Assembly: GCA_050261115.1 (NCBI GenBank)
Contig: JBLNCY010000006.1
Span: forward strand, 1-64,000
From: Methanocella sp.
GTDB lineage: Archaea; Thermoproteota; Bathyarchaeia; Bathyarchaeales; Bathycorpusculaceae
Length of the DNA stretch: 64,000 bases
Reading direction: 5' to 3'
Translations under genes and position numbers: made by a program
The notes under the pieces: model-generated
Databases searched by the model: none
Told to the model about the DNA's origin: nothing
What the model saw: the letters and a program-made list of their open reading frames with translations, nothing else
Part shown: positions 50,551-60,496 of the stretch, piece by piece
How positions within the stretch are numbered: position 1 is the stretch's first letter
Layout of the letters: every line of letters starts with the position of its first letter

Positions 50551-50946
50551 TTACTTTAGCGGTACATACATCGAAGACCGTGACGCACCGATACCTGGAG
50601 TACCATGTCTAACTGGTTTGTTAGTTATGGCAAACTCGCCAAGGTAGTGGCCGATCATGTCAGGTTTTATGTCAACTTCGACGAATTCTTTACCGTTGTG
50701 TATACCGATTTTTGTGCCAACCATTTCTGGCAGGACAATAAGGTCGCGTACGTGAGTTTTGATTGCGGTGCCAGCTTTGGCTTCTTTTGCTTTGCGTAGC
50801 TTCTCTAGCAGAGTGCGTTGTTCAGTTGTGAGGCCACGTTGTAGGCTTCTGCGTTGGCGTGAAGGTAGTATGTTGATGAATTCGTCCATAGACATAGCTG
50901 AGAGGCTTTCGAGGCTGTGCCCACGGTAACTAAATTCTTTCGGCAT
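50551..50946 (-). CDS. rps19: 30S ribosomal protein S19
   Basis: [32 protein letters not shown]. Confidence 0.97.
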   Translation of the reverse strand: MPKEFSYRGHSLESLSAMSMDEFINILPSRQRRSLQRGLTTEQRTLLEKLRKAKEAKAGTAIKTHVRDLIVLPEMVGTKIGIHNGKEFVEVDIKPDMIGHYLGEFAITNKPVRHGTPGIGASRSSMYVPLK

Positions 50947-50967
50947 CTATCATATTCTCCTTTAATT

Positions 50968-51711
50968 TTATCCTCTGATTGCGCGTTTCTTCTTCTGTCC
51001 GGGGCCACGTGCAGCGATGAGACCGACTTTCTGTCCTGGCGGTGCACCGTGACTTGTGGTTGTGGTTCTACGTGCGCTACGTTTGCTGCTACCATAGGGA
51101 TGGACAGCGGGAACCATTTTACGACCGCTAGTACGTGGGTACTTGTGACCTTTAGCTTTCATCAGGTGATATTTCTCGCCTGCTTTAAGGAACGGTTTCT
51201 CGATGCGACCTGAACCGGAGACAACTCCGACGGTTGCTAAACAGTAGTCGTTAACATAGCGGGTTCGTCCGGAAGGTAATCTAATCATGGTGCCTTGGGG
51301 TGTGTGACCAACAACGGTTGCGTATGCGCCTGAGCTGCGAGCCATTTTTCCTCCGTCACCAGGGCGAAGTTCAAGACCGCAAACTATGGTTCCTTCAGGC
51401 ATTTTACCCAAGGGCAAAATGTTGCCGATTTCTGCGGTTGCTTTGCCGCCAAAGAGAATCTGCTGACCAAGATATACGCCTTCAGGAGTGATGTTGTACA
51501 TGTTGGTGCCGTCTTCGAATTCAACCAATGAAAGCGGCGAACCTCGGCCGGGATCGTGAATCAAGTCCACGACTACGCCGCTAAGTTCAGCTTCAAATGA
51601 TTCTTTTGGTGCAAAAGCGGGATATTTTGCTGGAGCGATACGTTTGTGAGTTGAGGCGCGGAAGTTTTGGCCGCCACGACCTCTTCTTTGTACACGGATA
51701 CGTTTTCCCAT
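50968..51711 (-). CDS. rpl2: 50S ribosomal protein L2
   Basis: MGKRIRVQRRG, HDPGR, PGDGGK.ARSSG, PPGQKVG.IAAR. Confidence 0.97.
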   Translation of the reverse strand: MGKRIRVQRRGRGGQNFRASTHKRIAPAKYPAFAPKESFEAELSGVVVDLIHDPGRGSPLSLVEFEDGTNMYNITPEGVYLGQQILFGGKATAEIGNILPLGKMPEGTIVCGLELRPGDGGKMARSSGAYATVVGHTPQGTMIRLPSGRTRYVNDYCLATVGVVSGSGRIEKPFLKAGEKYHLMKAKGHKYPRTSGRKMVPAVHPYGSSKRSARRTTTTSHGAPPGQKVGLIAARGPGQKKKRAIRG

Positions 51712-51730
51712 AAGTCAAGCCTTCTATATG

Positions 51731-51991
51731 TTAGAGGATACCTAGTTTGATTGCTACGTCGGAAGCGCGGTATTCTGGCTTTAGCTTCACGAATGCTTTC
51801 TTTAAGCCCTGTGGAGTGATCAGTGTTGTGACGTCTGCAACTTTAACTTCATACATGATTTCTACGGCACGTTTGATGTCTGCTTTGCCAGCCTTTGTGT
51901 TAACAACAAAGAGTAGCTTGTTGTCTTTCTCCACCATTATGCTGGCTGATTCAGTCATCAGAGGATAGGTAATTATTTCGTCTGGTTTCAT
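51731..51991 (-). CDS. rpl23: 50S ribosomal protein L23
   Basis: P.MTE, NKL.F.V, KKAFVKL. Confidence 0.96.
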   Translation of the reverse strand: MKPDEIITYPLMTESASIMVEKDNKLLFVVNTKAGKADIKRAVEIMYEVKVADVTTLITPQGLKKAFVKLKPEYRASDVAIKLGIL

Positions 51992-52773
51992 TATGCGCTC
52001 TCTCCATATAGGGCGGATAGTTTCTCGATAGCACCGTTAGTCCAAACTGTGAGTCTGCCTGGGTGTGTACCAGGTGCGAGCATCTCTGTGTTTAGGTTGG
52101 TTACGGTGGTAACTTGGACACCTGGAAGGTTGCCGGCTGCTGCGACGAGGCCGTTTTCCTCAGCCACTACGATAAGTGGACCTACGGCTTGCTTCATTTT
52201 ACGACCTCGATGCTTGCCTTTTCCTGCGCGGACTTTACGGCTCTCTTTTACACGAGTAAATTCTTCAGCAAATCCAAGTTTTGCAAAGGCATCTTCAACT
52301 TCCTGTGCCTTGGTTAAACCTTCAAATGTGTTGTCGACGATGAGTGGGATGGCTGGAACTGTATCGATTCTGTGTCCCCGGTCTGCAACGTAGGCTTTTT
52401 CTGCGGTTGCTGCGATAGCGGAAGTTAATGCAAGCTTTGCTTCTTTTTTGTTAATTTCTTTTACAATCTTTTTCTCGGCGCGTGGTGGGTGTGTTTGGCG
52501 GCCTTTTACGGTGAATGGTGCGAGTGCTGCGCGTCCTGCGCCTTTCATGCGTGGGACTCTTGAGATGCCGCTGCCTGTTCCGCGTGATTCTGCGGTAGTT
52601 TTCTTGCCAGCCATTGGGTCTCTGCCTTGCGGCTGGATTCTGCTTGATTGGATTGCTAAGACTGCACGTTTAATGACGTCTGGTCTTATGGGCGTGTCAA
52701 AAACAGCTGGAAGGGCGATTTTTCCAGTTGCTTTGCCCTGTAAGTCAAAGATTTCTACGGTTTTCTGTGCCAT
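51991..52773 (-). CDS. rpl4: 50S ribosomal protein L4
   Basis: RPDVIKRAV, AES.GTG.G..RVPR, RAGKGK.RGR, LAPGTHPGRL. Confidence 0.97.
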   Translation of the reverse strand: MAQKTVEIFDLQGKATGKIALPAVFDTPIRPDVIKRAVLAIQSSRIQPQGRDPMAGKKTTAESRGTGSGISRVPRMKGAGRAALAPFTVKGRQTHPPRAEKKIVKEINKKEAKLALTSAIAATAEKAYVADRGHRIDTVPAIPLIVDNTFEGLTKAQEVEDAFAKLGFAEEFTRVKESRKVRAGKGKHRGRKMKQAVGPLIVVAEENGLVAAAGNLPGVQVTTVTNLNTEMLAPGTHPGRLTVWTNGAIEKLSALYGESA

Positions 52774-52783
52774 GGTGAATCAA

Positions 52784-53797
52784 CTACTTTCCTTGTGGAC
52801 TCTCCAGTGAGATATATGTTACTTGCGGCGGGGTTTCTGGAACTTCAGTTGGCGGACGGGCTGGAACTCGGAGGCGAATTAGCCGTTTTTCGGGGCCTGG
52901 GAGGCTGCCTGAGATGATCATGTAGGGGCCGTTGATTTCGCCGTATCGGATAAAGCCGCCTTTTACGGTGACGTCTTTGCCGTCTTTGCCGATTTTGAGG
53001 ATACGCTTGTTGAATTCGATGCGTTGGTGATAGCCCATTTGGCCTGATCGTGGAACACTGTACATTATGTGGTGTGGGTTCCATGGGCCGTTGGTGGCGA
53101 TGCCGCGGGTCTTTTTGCGGCTTTTATGCTGGAGTTTTGTTACACCCCAACGTTTCACTACACCTTGGGTGCCTTTGCCGACGGTTACGCCTGCAACGTC
53201 AATGTATTGACCTTCTTTGAAGACCTCCTCAGGCGTAACGGTTTTGCCCAAGAGTTGTTTAGCATAATCGAATTGTTGCTGGATGTCTCCGCCGCCGATT
53301 TGGATTTCAAGCATCTCGGGTTTCTTTTTGGGTAGACTGGTTTGTGAGGGCTGTGTAGCTACTATTACTCTTATGGCGTCGGTTGATTGGATGGTTTGCT
53401 GTATTTTTTCCAGCATTGCATCGGTGTCAAATGTGTCTGGCAAAACCAGTAATCTGTCTAGGCTTGCTGGGGGTTCTTTCATCCATGCCTCGGTTACGTT
53501 TTTGAGGCCATAGGGTGTTTTTTGATATGTTCTTATGCCACAAACCAAGATTGGTGGCGTTTCTAGGATGGTTGCGGCTCGCATGACTTCTTTACCAAAG
53601 TTCGGAGAACGCTTTCGGTCTTCGATAGTAAAGATGTAGGTCATGCCTGCTTTGTAGGATGTGAATCCTAAAAGTCTAGGTGAAGCTGACTCTATCTTTG
53701 GCCAGTATCGAATTCGTGCACTGGGTTTCTTGGCACGTTGCCTAGGTAAATAAGCTAGTGAACCATGTTTTGGAGCATGATGTTTTCGATGTCCCAT
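52784..53797 (-). CDS. rpl3: 50S ribosomal protein L3
   Basis: MGHRK.HAPKHGSLAYLPR, YKAGMT, GKG.QG.VKRWG, GQMGYHQR. Confidence 0.97.
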   Translation of the reverse strand: MGHRKHHAPKHGSLAYLPRQRAKKPSARIRYWPKIESASPRLLGFTSYKAGMTYIFTIEDRKRSPNFGKEVMRAATILETPPILVCGIRTYQKTPYGLKNVTEAWMKEPPASLDRLLVLPDTFDTDAMLEKIQQTIQSTDAIRVIVATQPSQTSLPKKKPEMLEIQIGGGDIQQQFDYAKQLLGKTVTPEEVFKEGQYIDVAGVTVGKGTQGVVKRWGVTKLQHKSRKKTRGIATNGPWNPHHIMYSVPRSGQMGYHQRIEFNKRILKIGKDGKDVTVKGGFIRYGEINGPYMIISGSLPGPEKRLIRLRVPARPPTEVPETPPQVTYISLESPQGK

Positions 53798-54118
53798 AGT
53801 ACTTCCGCTTCGCGCCTTTAGCAAATATATTCTGTAGTTATAAATGTTACCGTCTAGAACGCAAAAGGCTGCGGATGCTGCATAGAAATCAATTTAGCGG
53901 CATCCTGAGCCATCTAGATGCGTTAAACGTGTGTAGTGTCCCCCTATCGTTTGCAACGCTACGCAGCCACAGCCATATCACTTGCTAGACAACCCAAACA
54001 GTAACCACCCATATAACCACAACACCCAAAAACAACCAAAAAGACACAAACACTCACCGCATATATCAATTCAGAACTTCCTGATTAGCAGCGACCTATG
54101 GCAGAACGATTTCAACCA

Positions 54119-54266
54119 AAAACAGCTGTGCAGCCAACAACCAACCCAGCAGGCATCCACTCAGCGCCCTCCGTATGGAACTAACAAACACCCAAACCCA
54201 CACCACCTCCATCCTGCGGTTGCTGAGTCTATATACAGGGGAGGGATTCTCGGCAAAGCAACAGAC
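54119..54266 (+). repeat. dispersed intergenic element copy 5 (long form; core 54210-54266)
   Basis: Core CATCCTGCGGTTGCTGAGTCTATATACAGGGGAGGGATTCTCGGCAAAGCAACAGAC; shares ATGGAACTAACAAACACCCAAACC and upstream sequence with copy 1. Confidence 0.85.
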
Positions 54267-54273
54267 GTCGACC

Positions 54274-55209
54274 CTAACAGAGGGCCCGAACGAACTCCTC
54301 TACAGCGCCAATCGTCTTCAAGTTCATAACTGCCCGCGTATTCTGAGTAGTCTTGAAATCTTTAAGCATCCAGAAAACATGCTCCCTAACCTCCTGCGCA
54401 GAACCCCGACGCTCATACTTGCGGTATAACTCGATGAACCGTAGAATCTGTTTTTTTATCCCCCGGTTATCAATCTTGGCTTTTTGTGGGTCAAATATCC
54501 ATGGGCGATCTCTTGAGCCTCGGCCCACCATCACCAAGTCGCAGCCCGTCTTCTCCAGCAACGCAAGCCCCTGCGCATAGTTTGTGACGTCTCCGTTTGC
54601 AATCACGGGAATGCAAAGTTTTTCTTTGATCTGCTTGATGCTGGTCCAGTTTACTTTCCCCGCAAGTTTCTGGTCAGCGGTTCGTCCATGCACACAGAGA
54701 GCAGCTATACCAGCGCTTTCTAGGCATTGGGCAATTCGCACACCGATGATTTTCTGGTTCTCCAACCCAATGCGCATTTTCACCGTGACTGGCCTCTCAG
54801 TAGCCGCCACCATCTTACGCACAAGACTTTCTAACCTAGCAGGGTCTGCAAGCAAGTAGGCGCCGTAGCCTCGCTCAAGAAACTCTTTTTCGCTACAACC
54901 AACGTTGAGGTCGATTATGTCGGCATACTCCTCCACAAGCTTCACACTGTTAACTAGGTCCTCTTCGTTGTTGCCGATTAACTGGACGCTTACAGGGCGC
55001 TCACAGTCCTGTATGTTTAGGATTTCTTTTACGTCGCTTGGTTTTCTGTTTTTGAGGATATCGGTTTCTATCATCTGCGTATAGATTAGCGCCGCATGGT
55101 TCTCTTTGCAGAGCATTCGAAAAGCGGTGCAGTTGACAGCAGCCATTGGTGCAAGAACAAACTGGCCACGGAGAGCTATGGATCCGATGTTCATGAGATT
55201 CTCTTCCAC
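54274..55209 (-). CDS. dus: tRNA-dihydrouridine synthase family protein
   Basis: LAPMA, VQL.G, DLNVGC, GAYLL, VTVKMR.G, VHGRT, ANGDV, VMVGRG. Confidence 0.9.
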   Translation of the reverse strand: MEENLMNIGSIALRGQFVLAPMAAVNCTAFRMLCKENHAALIYTQMIETDILKNRKPSDVKEILNIQDCERPVSVQLIGNNEEDLVNSVKLVEEYADIIDLNVGCSEKEFLERGYGAYLLADPARLESLVRKMVAATERPVTVKMRIGLENQKIIGVRIAQCLESAGIAALCVHGRTADQKLAGKVNWTSIKQIKEKLCIPVIANGDVTNYAQGLALLEKTGCDLVMVGRGSRDRPWIFDPQKAKIDNRGIKKQILRFIELYRKYERRGSAQEVREHVFWMLKDFKTTQNTRAVMNLKTIGAVEEFVRALC

Positions 55210-55299
55210 AGAACTTAGTTATCGCATATTAAGGTTAACACCCACAAAACTTGCAATACAACAAGCCGCGGGCACCCAGAACGCAACCTCCAAAGGAAA

Positions 55300-55803
55300 T
55301 CAGTACACTGAAACTTTGGCAACGCCTGGAATCTTTAGCAACTCAGGAATGAGTTCACCGGGAATCTTTCTATCCACAATCAACGTACACTTCGGCTCAG
55401 GCGACAATTCAGGGTCATCAACAATAGCTTGGCGTATGCCCAACCCCGCCTTGAACAGAACTTGGGTGGAATTGGCCAGAATGCCTCGCATTTGGGCGCT
55501 ATCGGGGGTGATCTCAATAACGCCTAGGTCGAGGTGTTTTGCGATTTCTTTTAGGCTGTGACCTGCGGGGCGGATCGCCTCAAAAATCATGCGCAACTCT
55601 GCATTCTCGTGAATAGAGGCAAGAGTTTCGTTGACGGTCCGGCGGTCGACGCCTGCAACTCGCGCAATGCGGATAGGGGGAATTTCGATTTGGTTTAGGT
55701 AGATTTCGCCGTCTTTGATCGATAGGCCGTTTTCTATAAGGACACGGGCCACTTTGAGGCGTTCTGGATAGCTGTCGAGGGCTGTTTTAATTTTATTCCA
55801 CAT
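55300..55803 (-). CDS. ACT-domain amino-acid-metabolism regulator (COG2150-like)
   Basis: IARVAGVDRRTV HTH; GILA...GLGIRQAIVDDPEL ACT domain; divergent from trpB2. Confidence 0.85.
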   Translation of the reverse strand: MWNKIKTALDSYPERLKVARVLIENGLSIKDGEIYLNQIEIPPIRIARVAGVDRRTVNETLASIHENAELRMIFEAIRPAGHSLKEIAKHLDLGVIEITPDSAQMRGILANSTQVLFKAGLGIRQAIVDDPELSPEPKCTLIVDRKIPGELIPELLKIPGVAKVSVY

Positions 55804-55943
55804 TTGGATCGCTTTTGTATATTTCTGTGCGTTTGAGTATAAATGTGTTGTTTACAAAACATGCTTCAATGCACATAAATGTACACTAAAGCTTTAAATA
55901 AAACCTAAAAGAACAGTTCACTACCAAAGCAGGGCGAAAAAAC

Positions 55944-57365
55944 TTGCACGACAAAAAAATCCTACTCAAAGAAACAGACATACCAAAACAATGGTATAAC
56001 ATTGTCCCCGACCTGCCACACCCGCTTCCCCCCTTTATAGAGGCGGAAACCGGAAAACCAGGCGTCGGCATCGTCCCAAAAATTTTCCCTAAAGCAATAA
56101 TCGGTCAAGAAGTCAGCCAAGAACGCTGGATAGACATCCCCGACGAGGTCCGAGAAATCTACAAAATATGGAGACCCAGTCCACTCTTCCGCGCCTATGG
56201 CCTCGAGCAGGCACTAAAAACTCCCGCTAAAATCTACTACAAATACGAAGGTACCTCTCCTTCAGGCAGTCACAAAACCAACAGTGCCGTACCCCAAGCC
56301 TACTACAACATGAAAGAAGGCATCACCCGTGTCACCACCGAAACAGGCGCAGGACAATGGGGAAGCGCACTAAGCTTCGCAGCAAGCGTCTTTGGATTAG
56401 AAGCCACCGTCTACATGGTCCGCGCAAGCTTCGACCAGAAGCCCTATCGCAAAGCCATGATGAACGCATACGGCGCAACCGTCTACGCCAGCCCATCCAA
56501 CAACACACAAGCAGGCAGAAAAATCCTAGCCGAAGACCCACAAACCAAAGGCAGCCTCGGCATCGCAATCAGCGAAGCAATAGAAGACAGCTTAGAAAGC
56601 GAAAAAACAGGTAAAAAAGCAAACTATACCATCGGATCAGTCTTCAACCACGTCTGCCTACACCAAACCGTCGCCGGACTCGAGGCACAGAAACAATTTG
56701 CCATGATTGACGATTACCCTGATGAGATTTATGGATGCATCGGAGGCGGCAGCAGCTTTAGCGGATTGTTCTGGCCCTTCTACTATGATAAAGTCTCTAA
56801 GAAAGCGCCAAAAGAAACCAAGTTCTTTGCCGTTGAACCCACAGCATGCCCCAAAGTCACAAGGGGATACTACACCTATGATCACGGTGACACATCAAAA
56901 TTAACCCCGCTGGTACCGATGCACACCTTAGGCCATGACTTCATGCCTGCGCCTATCCATGCGGGCGGACTTCGCTACCACGGCATAGCCCCAACCATCA
57001 GCGTACTCGCGCAGGAAAACAAAATCAGCACTATAGCCGTCAACCAAGTTGACGCCTTTGACGCTGCAAAAATGTTCATACGAAGCGAAGGCATCATACC
57101 ATCACCCGAGTCAACGCACGCCATCAAAGCCGTATGTGACCAAGCACGAGCATGCGCACAAACTAATACGCCTAAAACTTTGCTGTTCGCTTTGACGGGT
57201 CATGGTTTCTTTGACATGACCGCTTACGAGGAATACTTTAGCGGTAGACTGCAGCCCTATGAGTATCCAGCTGAGAAAGTGGCTGAATCCATGGAGAAGC
57301 TCCGCAAACTCTACCCGTGGCTAAACGATGTCACAAAACAGTACATAACACCCTGCAAGCAGTAA
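55944..57365 (+). CDS. trpB2: tryptophan synthase beta chain type 2 (TrpB2)
   Basis: GSHK.N PLP lysine, TETGAGQWG, GSV.NHV..HQT, HAGGLRYHG. Confidence 0.95.
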   Translation: MHDKKILLKETDIPKQWYNIVPDLPHPLPPFIEAETGKPGVGIVPKIFPKAIIGQEVSQERWIDIPDEVREIYKIWRPSPLFRAYGLEQALKTPAKIYYKYEGTSPSGSHKTNSAVPQAYYNMKEGITRVTTETGAGQWGSALSFAASVFGLEATVYMVRASFDQKPYRKAMMNAYGATVYASPSNNTQAGRKILAEDPQTKGSLGIAISEAIEDSLESEKTGKKANYTIGSVFNHVCLHQTVAGLEAQKQFAMIDDYPDEIYGCIGGGSSFSGLFWPFYYDKVSKKAPKETKFFAVEPTACPKVTRGYYTYDHGDTSKLTPLVPMHTLGHDFMPAPIHAGGLRYHGIAPTISVLAQENKISTIAVNQVDAFDAAKMFIRSEGIIPSPESTHAIKAVCDQARACAQTNTPKTLLFALTGHGFFDMTAYEEYFSGRLQPYEYPAEKVAESMEKLRKLYPWLNDVTKQYITPCKQ

Positions 57366-57720
57366 CTTGCAACCCCCCACTATTCTTTTCCTTTTTGCTC
57401 TTTTCTAGTCCAGCATTAAATGCTATGATTTATCTACGCTTAACGACTTTCTAACGTTAACACGTAGTGGAATTTCATAAATGATAAATTGCAATTCGCC
57501 TTAAGAGGTTTTTATGCCAGCTCAAGGTAAGCCATTTCTTGTTGAGAGAAGGCCTGTTTTGTGCCGTTTAGGTATTCATAGCTGGGGGGCGCCGCATGTG
57601 TATGAACCTAATCAATAAGAGTGTGGATGGTTGGGAGAAGAGTTGCCGCCATTGTAACGCGGTCAGGCGTTGGATGCGACGTAAGAGTTACACTTACAAA
57701 GAATATGGGTGTAGTGGAAT

Positions 57721-58692
57721 TTAGACTACAAGGTCAGCCATGTCTACACTGCGCTCATAAATTTGCCGCAGAAACTGAACCACAGCCAAAATCTGAGGCA
57801 ACAAATCCACCGAAGAATCCTTCACAGCCGCCTCAATTCGGGAACAGTTGTCATCGACCTTTCCCCTCATCTCACGAACATTTTCAGCTAGTGCGATATC
57901 CTTACATAAAAAGGCCTTGAACGCTTGCTCATTGGCATCTACACAGGTTGACTGCAACGCCAGCACCAGTCTCCTAAGTTCATCGGATAGCTTAGTGTTC
58001 TTGAGTTCAAGCGTGCTCTGCGCAATCTGAACGCAGGCGTCACCTATACCCTCAATAAAGCCCGCAATAAGACGGTAGTCCACGCATTCAATAGGAATGA
58101 TACCTAGCTTCTCGCTAAGTCGGGGGCTCTGCAAAATAGTACGCAGTATCCTAACAAGCAAAAAATAGAATTTGTTGTTCTCTACATCACGTTCGATAAC
58201 GTTCTTTGCTAAGTCCATATCAGAAGAGACAAAACTGCTAGCCGCATCACGGATCATCCGCACGGCGCTAGCCTGGTTACGCTGCAGGATTTTTCCCGGT
58301 GAAGTGAAGGGTTGCTGCATAAGGCACTGAAGCGTCATCATTGAGGGGGTTTCCTCAACAATCATAAGCCCAGCTAGCGAGTTCGCAGTGGATTTGATGA
58401 GGTTACGCATGTTTGAGTCGATGCGGTCTTTGGCTTCTATTTTTATGATATCATAACCTAAGAGGTAGCGGCCGATGATTTCGCGGCTCAAATAAGGATT
58501 AACCTTTAACGACACAGATTTAGGTTCGGGTTCAGAGGCGAATTGAGTGTCTACAAACAGTTTACCATCGCTGGTTACTTCGAGGTTAACTTGGGAGCCC
58601 TTCTGCAAGTTATGGCTCTTAGCCCATTCACGGGGTAAACAAACAAAAAACGTGCCAGTGGGAGTCTGCTGAATTTTACGCACTTCACTCAT
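57721..58692 (-). CDS. AbrB-domain + PhoU phosphate uptake regulator
   Basis: RKIQ....TFFVCLPREWA N-terminal AbrB; YLLGYD.I; two PhoU helical repeats. Confidence 0.88.
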   Translation of the reverse strand: MSEVRKIQQTPTGTFFVCLPREWAKSHNLQKGSQVNLEVTSDGKLFVDTQFASEPEPKSVSLKVNPYLSREIIGRYLLGYDIIKIEAKDRIDSNMRNLIKSTANSLAGLMIVEETPSMMTLQCLMQQPFTSPGKILQRNQASAVRMIRDAASSFVSSDMDLAKNVIERDVENNKFYFLLVRILRTILQSPRLSEKLGIIPIECVDYRLIAGFIEGIGDACVQIAQSTLELKNTKLSDELRRLVLALQSTCVDANEQAFKAFLCKDIALAENVREMRGKVDDNCSRIEAAVKDSSVDLLPQILAVVQFLRQIYERSVDMADLVV

Positions 58693-58873
58693 AGAGACAC
58701 CAAGTTATAACACATCTAAACAAACCTGTCCCTATATAAATCGTAAGCATCAGGTTACGTCAACCCGGCTAGTAAGCCATACCAACAAGTGTTTTAGGGC
58801 AATGAAAAACAGTAAATAACTCTAAGCCATACTGCCTAACCATCGGAAACATAGTAATCGGGCAGAAGAATGC

Positions 58874-60496
58874 ATGAGTAGGCAAGAGAAACTCCAAAAA
58901 GCCATCGAGGCAGCCATCATTGCCGGCTACCAACTAAACAGCGAAGCTTTTGAGTTCCTTACCCAAAATGTGGACACAATGGACCCCGAAGCCGTAATGA
59001 ATCTAGCATTAATGCAGTTATCTGACTTAGAGGATAAGCCCATCTTCATCGACCGAGATAGACTCGTGTCAGTTATTCATCAATTAGCAGTTGCAGAAAT
59101 GCAACAAGCCTTAGAAAACCAAACCGAAACACAACCAACCAATGAACCCAATCCAGTTAACATATTCCCGGAAGCACAAAGCTACACCGAGCCAACCATA
59201 AACGCGGTCGATGCCAGCGACTACTTTTACCCCTACGCCAAAGACATATCCTCCGAGCTTATAATCATAGAAGACCCCACAGGTAAACTCACCTCAAACG
59301 GAACAATACAAGAATACACAGCGCTCTTCCAAGACCGCTTCAGACGGGTCGAAAAAATACTCCGCAACCGCATGGATGTCCGCTCAGCCACACCGCTAGC
59401 CGAAGCGGTCAAATCCCAACCGAAATCAAAACTCAAAGTCATCTGCATGCTAACAGAAAAACGCGACAGCAAAAACAACACCATCCTCTCAGTTGAAGAC
59501 CCAAACAGCAGCGCCACCATCGTCATCCCCCACAAGGCACCTGAAGAAGTAAAAAAGAAGGCACTAACACTATTGCCCGACACCGTCTTTTGTGCGGCAG
59601 TCATCAAAACCCGAACCAATCTGCTCATGGCAGAAGACATTATCCTCCCAGAAGTCGGCCGAAAAGCACCTAAACGGGCCCAAGAACCTGTCTATGCAGT
59701 GCTGACTTCAGATGTACATGTAGGTAGCAATAAATTTACCAAAGATGCATTTCGCCGTTTCATTCTTTGGCTAAGAGGTAAGTATGGCACCCCACAAATG
59801 CGTGAAGTCGCAGGCCGCGTCAAGTACCTCTTAATCGCAGGTGACATCGTCGACGGCGTAGGTATTTATCCCGGTCAACAAACAGAACTCACCATACGTG
59901 ATGTACGCAAGCAATACAACTTTGCCATCAAATATCTAGAAAAAATACCCAGCTACATAGAAATCGTGCTCTCACCAGGCAACCACGACGCCGCGCGTAA
60001 ATCCCAACCTCAGCCAGCCATCCCAGAAGGATACCTAACCGCAATCAAAGATAAACCAAACATTCACTCTGTTGGCAGCCCCTGCTACCTAAGCATACAT
60101 GGCGTTGAAGTCTTGATGTATCACGGTGTAAGCCTAAATGACATCATAGGGGTAGTGCCGGGGATGGATAATGATCATCCTGAGAAGTCCATGAGGCTAC
60201 TTATGCAGGATCGCCACTTGGCACCTATGTATGGCGGTAAAACCATGCTTTCGCCTGAGAACCGCGACTATATGGTTGTCGAGCGAGTCCCCGACATCTT
60301 TCATGCGGGTCACATTCACGTTTTAGGCTACTGTAACTATCGGGGGGTACTTGTAGTTAATTCGGGGGGCTGGCAACTGCAGACTGAGTATATGGAAAAG
60401 TTAGGGCTGATGCCTACGCCTGGGAAGGTTCCTGTAATCAACTTGCAAACAATGGAGATTACGGTTCTGGATTTCCTAAACCCCATTGAGAGTTAG
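58874..60496 (+). CDS. polD1: DNA polymerase D small subunit DP1
   Basis: OB fold then SDVHVGS, AGDIVDG.GIYPGQ, PGNHD, YHG, RHLAP.YG, GHIH. Confidence 0.95.
   Translation: MSRQEKLQKAIEAAIIAGYQLNSEAFEFLTQNVDTMDPEAVMNLALMQLSDLEDKPIFIDRDRLVSVIHQLAVAEMQQALENQTETQPTNEPNPVNIFPEAQSYTEPTINAVDASDYFYPYAKDISSELIIIEDPTGKLTSNGTIQEYTALFQDRFRRVEKILRNRMDVRSATPLAEAVKSQPKSKLKVICMLTEKRDSKNNTILSVEDPNSSATIVIPHKAPEEVKKKALTLLPDTVFCAAVIKTRTNLLMAEDIILPEVGRKAPKRAQEPVYAVLTSDVHVGSNKFTKDAFRRFILWLRGKYGTPQMREVAGRVKYLLIAGDIVDGVGIYPGQQTELTIRDVRKQYNFAIKYLEKIPSYIEIVLSPGNHDAARKSQPQPAIPEGYLTAIKDKPNIHSVGSPCYLSIHGVEVLMYHGVSLNDIIGVVPGMDNDHPEKSMRLLMQDRHLAPMYGGKTMLSPENRDYMVVERVPDIFHAGHIHVLGYCNYRGVLVVNSGGWQLQTEYMEKLGLMPTPGKVPVINLQTMEITVLDFLNPIES

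Noticed and set aside
54175-54429. 84-aa ORF MELTNTQTHTT... as a real gene
   Set aside because: It overlaps dus antisense and its similarity to 1096-1190 is explained by the DNA repeat; the other four copies lack this start.
57366-57720. 355-bp gap between trpB2 and the PhoU gene as an ncRNA
   Set aside because: No recognisable RNA motif, repeat or convincing ORF by eye.
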